The notes under the pieces: model-generated
Told to the model about the DNA's origin: nothing
Databases searched by the model: none
Seen by the model: the letters and a program-made list of their open reading frames with translations, nothing else
Position numbers and translations under genes: made by a program
Part shown: piece by piece, positions 62,545 through 63,817 of the stretch
Layout of the letters: each line of letters starts with the position of its first letter
Position numbering within the stretch: the first letter of the stretch is position 1
From: a bacterium
GTDB taxonomy: Bacteria; SZUA-182; DTGQ01
NCBI GenBank assembly: GCA_040752695.1
Contig: JBFMGO010000023.1
Span: 1 to 63,817, forward strand
Direction: 5' to 3'
DNA: 63,817 bases

Positions 62545-63213
62545 ATGAAAAAGATTTTAACATTTTTATTCTTGATAGCTTTCGTTATTGGAATAGCAGG
62601 AACAGCACAAGCTGTCCCAATATATGCATCTGATTTCATAGATAATGCAGACAGGACCAATTTTGTAAGTTTTAACTCGTTACCATATCCACCAAAGCAG
62701 CCACCCCTCTTTATTGAAGATGGCGTAAAGATCGAACAGATAAATGGAGACGGCGTTGATATCTGGCCGCGATATACCACGTGGGGAGCGGAAGGCAGTG
62801 GTGCATGGTATCCCTCTGGGGGCGATCATGGATATACCCGGATAACGATGGTTGATTCCAGCGATTTTTATGATGTTGGATTCCTGCGGGGATCTGGCGC
62901 GTCGAACCACCCCTGGTTAGCATATATTCTCAAGAATGATGGTGCTGTTGTCGATTCAGGAATCCTTTCCCATACCTGGGCAGCGCAGTATCTTGGGTTT
63001 GGTGGGGGTGGATTTGACGAAATCCTTGTACGCGACGGTTCGAATGCAGGTATAACGGTGATGGATGGAACGTTGAATGCCCTGGCGATTGACAGCATCG
63101 AATTATATACCTCTGCTCCTGTCCCTGAGCCCTCAACCTGCCTGCTTTTGCTTTCCGGACTACTCGGTATCGCAGGAATCAAGAAAAAGTACAGGGGACA
63201 GAAAAAAGGATAG
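62545..63213 (+). CDS. PEP-CTERM sorting domain protein
   Basis: Signal peptide ending AQA; C-terminal VPEPST + hydrophobic helix + KKK.R. Confidence 0.92.
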   Translation: MKKILTFLFLIAFVIGIAGTAQAVPIYASDFIDNADRTNFVSFNSLPYPPKQPPLFIEDGVKIEQINGDGVDIWPRYTTWGAEGSGAWYPSGGDHGYTRITMVDSSDFYDVGFLRGSGASNHPWLAYILKNDGAVVDSGILSHTWAAQYLGFGGGGFDEILVRDGSNAGITVMDGTLNALAIDSIELYTSAPVPEPSTCLLLLSGLLGIAGIKKKYRGQKKG

Positions 63214-63361
63214 CGGACAGACTTTCGAAAGCGACCCGGCTGACTGATATCGGGCAGCCTCCTGGAGGATGGCATCTGCTGAAGTCAAGTTGGTCGTATT
63301 CAGACGTAAAAAGAAAAAAGCCTCCTTGCCAGGATAGTGAAACACATGCTATATTTATTTC

Positions 63362-63817
63362 ATGAATGAGGTCAATAATCCCCATGATAAATTTTTTAAA
63401 AACGTTTTTTCCACCAAGAGCAATGCGGAAGACTTTTTACTGAACTACCTGCCGGGTGATATCCTGAAGCTGTTGGATCTTGAGTCCCTGGAATATACCA
63501 AGGAGAGCTTTGTTGATGAGCACCTGGCTGAGTGTTTCTCCGATCTTCTTTGCAGGATTGATCTCAAGGATGGATCGATGGGGTATATTTACCTTCTCTT
63601 TGAGCATAAGAGCTATCAGGAGCCCCTGACCGCCTTTCATATCCTCAAGTATATGGTGAAAATATGGGATGTCTGGCTTGCGGAAAGAACCGGGCCGAGC
63701 ACTGGTTTTCCGGTAATCATACCGATGGTTGTTTACCATGGAGAGGGTCAATGGCGGGGGAGGCTGAACTATAAGGAGCTTTTTCACCAGCAGGACGAAA
63801 GTATGTCTTGCTTTATT
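63362..63817 (+). CDS. Rpn/YhgA-like recombination-promoting nuclease / putative transposase (partial, runs off window)
   Basis: Not in ORF track. MNEVNNPHDKFFK...SFVD...SDLL...YLLFEHKS...YMVKIW...VIIPMVVYHG. Confidence 0.88.
   Translation, partial: MNEVNNPHDKFFKNVFSTKSNAEDFLLNYLPGDILKLLDLESLEYTKESFVDEHLAECFSDLLCRIDLKDGSMGYIYLLFEHKSYQEPLTAFHILKYMVKIWDVWLAERTGPSTGFPVIIPMVVYHGEGQWRGRLNYKELFHQQDESMSCFI

Noticed and set aside
63437..63787. 116-aa minus-strand ORF
   Set aside because: Antisense to the Rpn-like gene on the + strand.

Overview
Bacterial chromosomal segment, probably from an anaerobic, diderm, Desulfobacterota-like or candidate-phylum organism (inferred from Tat-exported FDH, 2-oxoacid:ferredoxin oxidoreductase, tRNA-Sec, PEP-CTERM and sigma54 promoters). 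It is mostly housekeeping or metabolic genes (aroK, deoB, glucokinase, rsmI, purM, hflKC, nnr, trpBA, Mur ligase, rnhA, YciO/TsaC-like), with tRNA-Leu(CAA), tRNA-Sec(UCA), a 2772-aa modular surface protein and small accessory modules (HEPN-MNT, EEP nuclease pair, Rpn genes at both edges, a MITE, REP-like palindromes, gene fragments). Best leads: (1) a cluster of a KamA lysine 2,3-aminomutase-like radical SAM enzyme, a Glu-rich secreted protein and two Ddl-like ATP-grasp ligases, a candidate beta-lysine ligation or modification system; (2) a stand-alone FdnG-type molybdopterin enzyme with Cys-Tyr where (Sec/Cys)-His is expected, in a genome that has tRNA-Sec; (3) an AT-rich EEP nuclease plus partner cassette; (4) an antitoxin whose PIN toxin appears deleted except for its last codons; (5) pervasive short tandem duplications in intergenic DNA and inside proteins. 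All calls come from reading motifs by eye; no searches were run.
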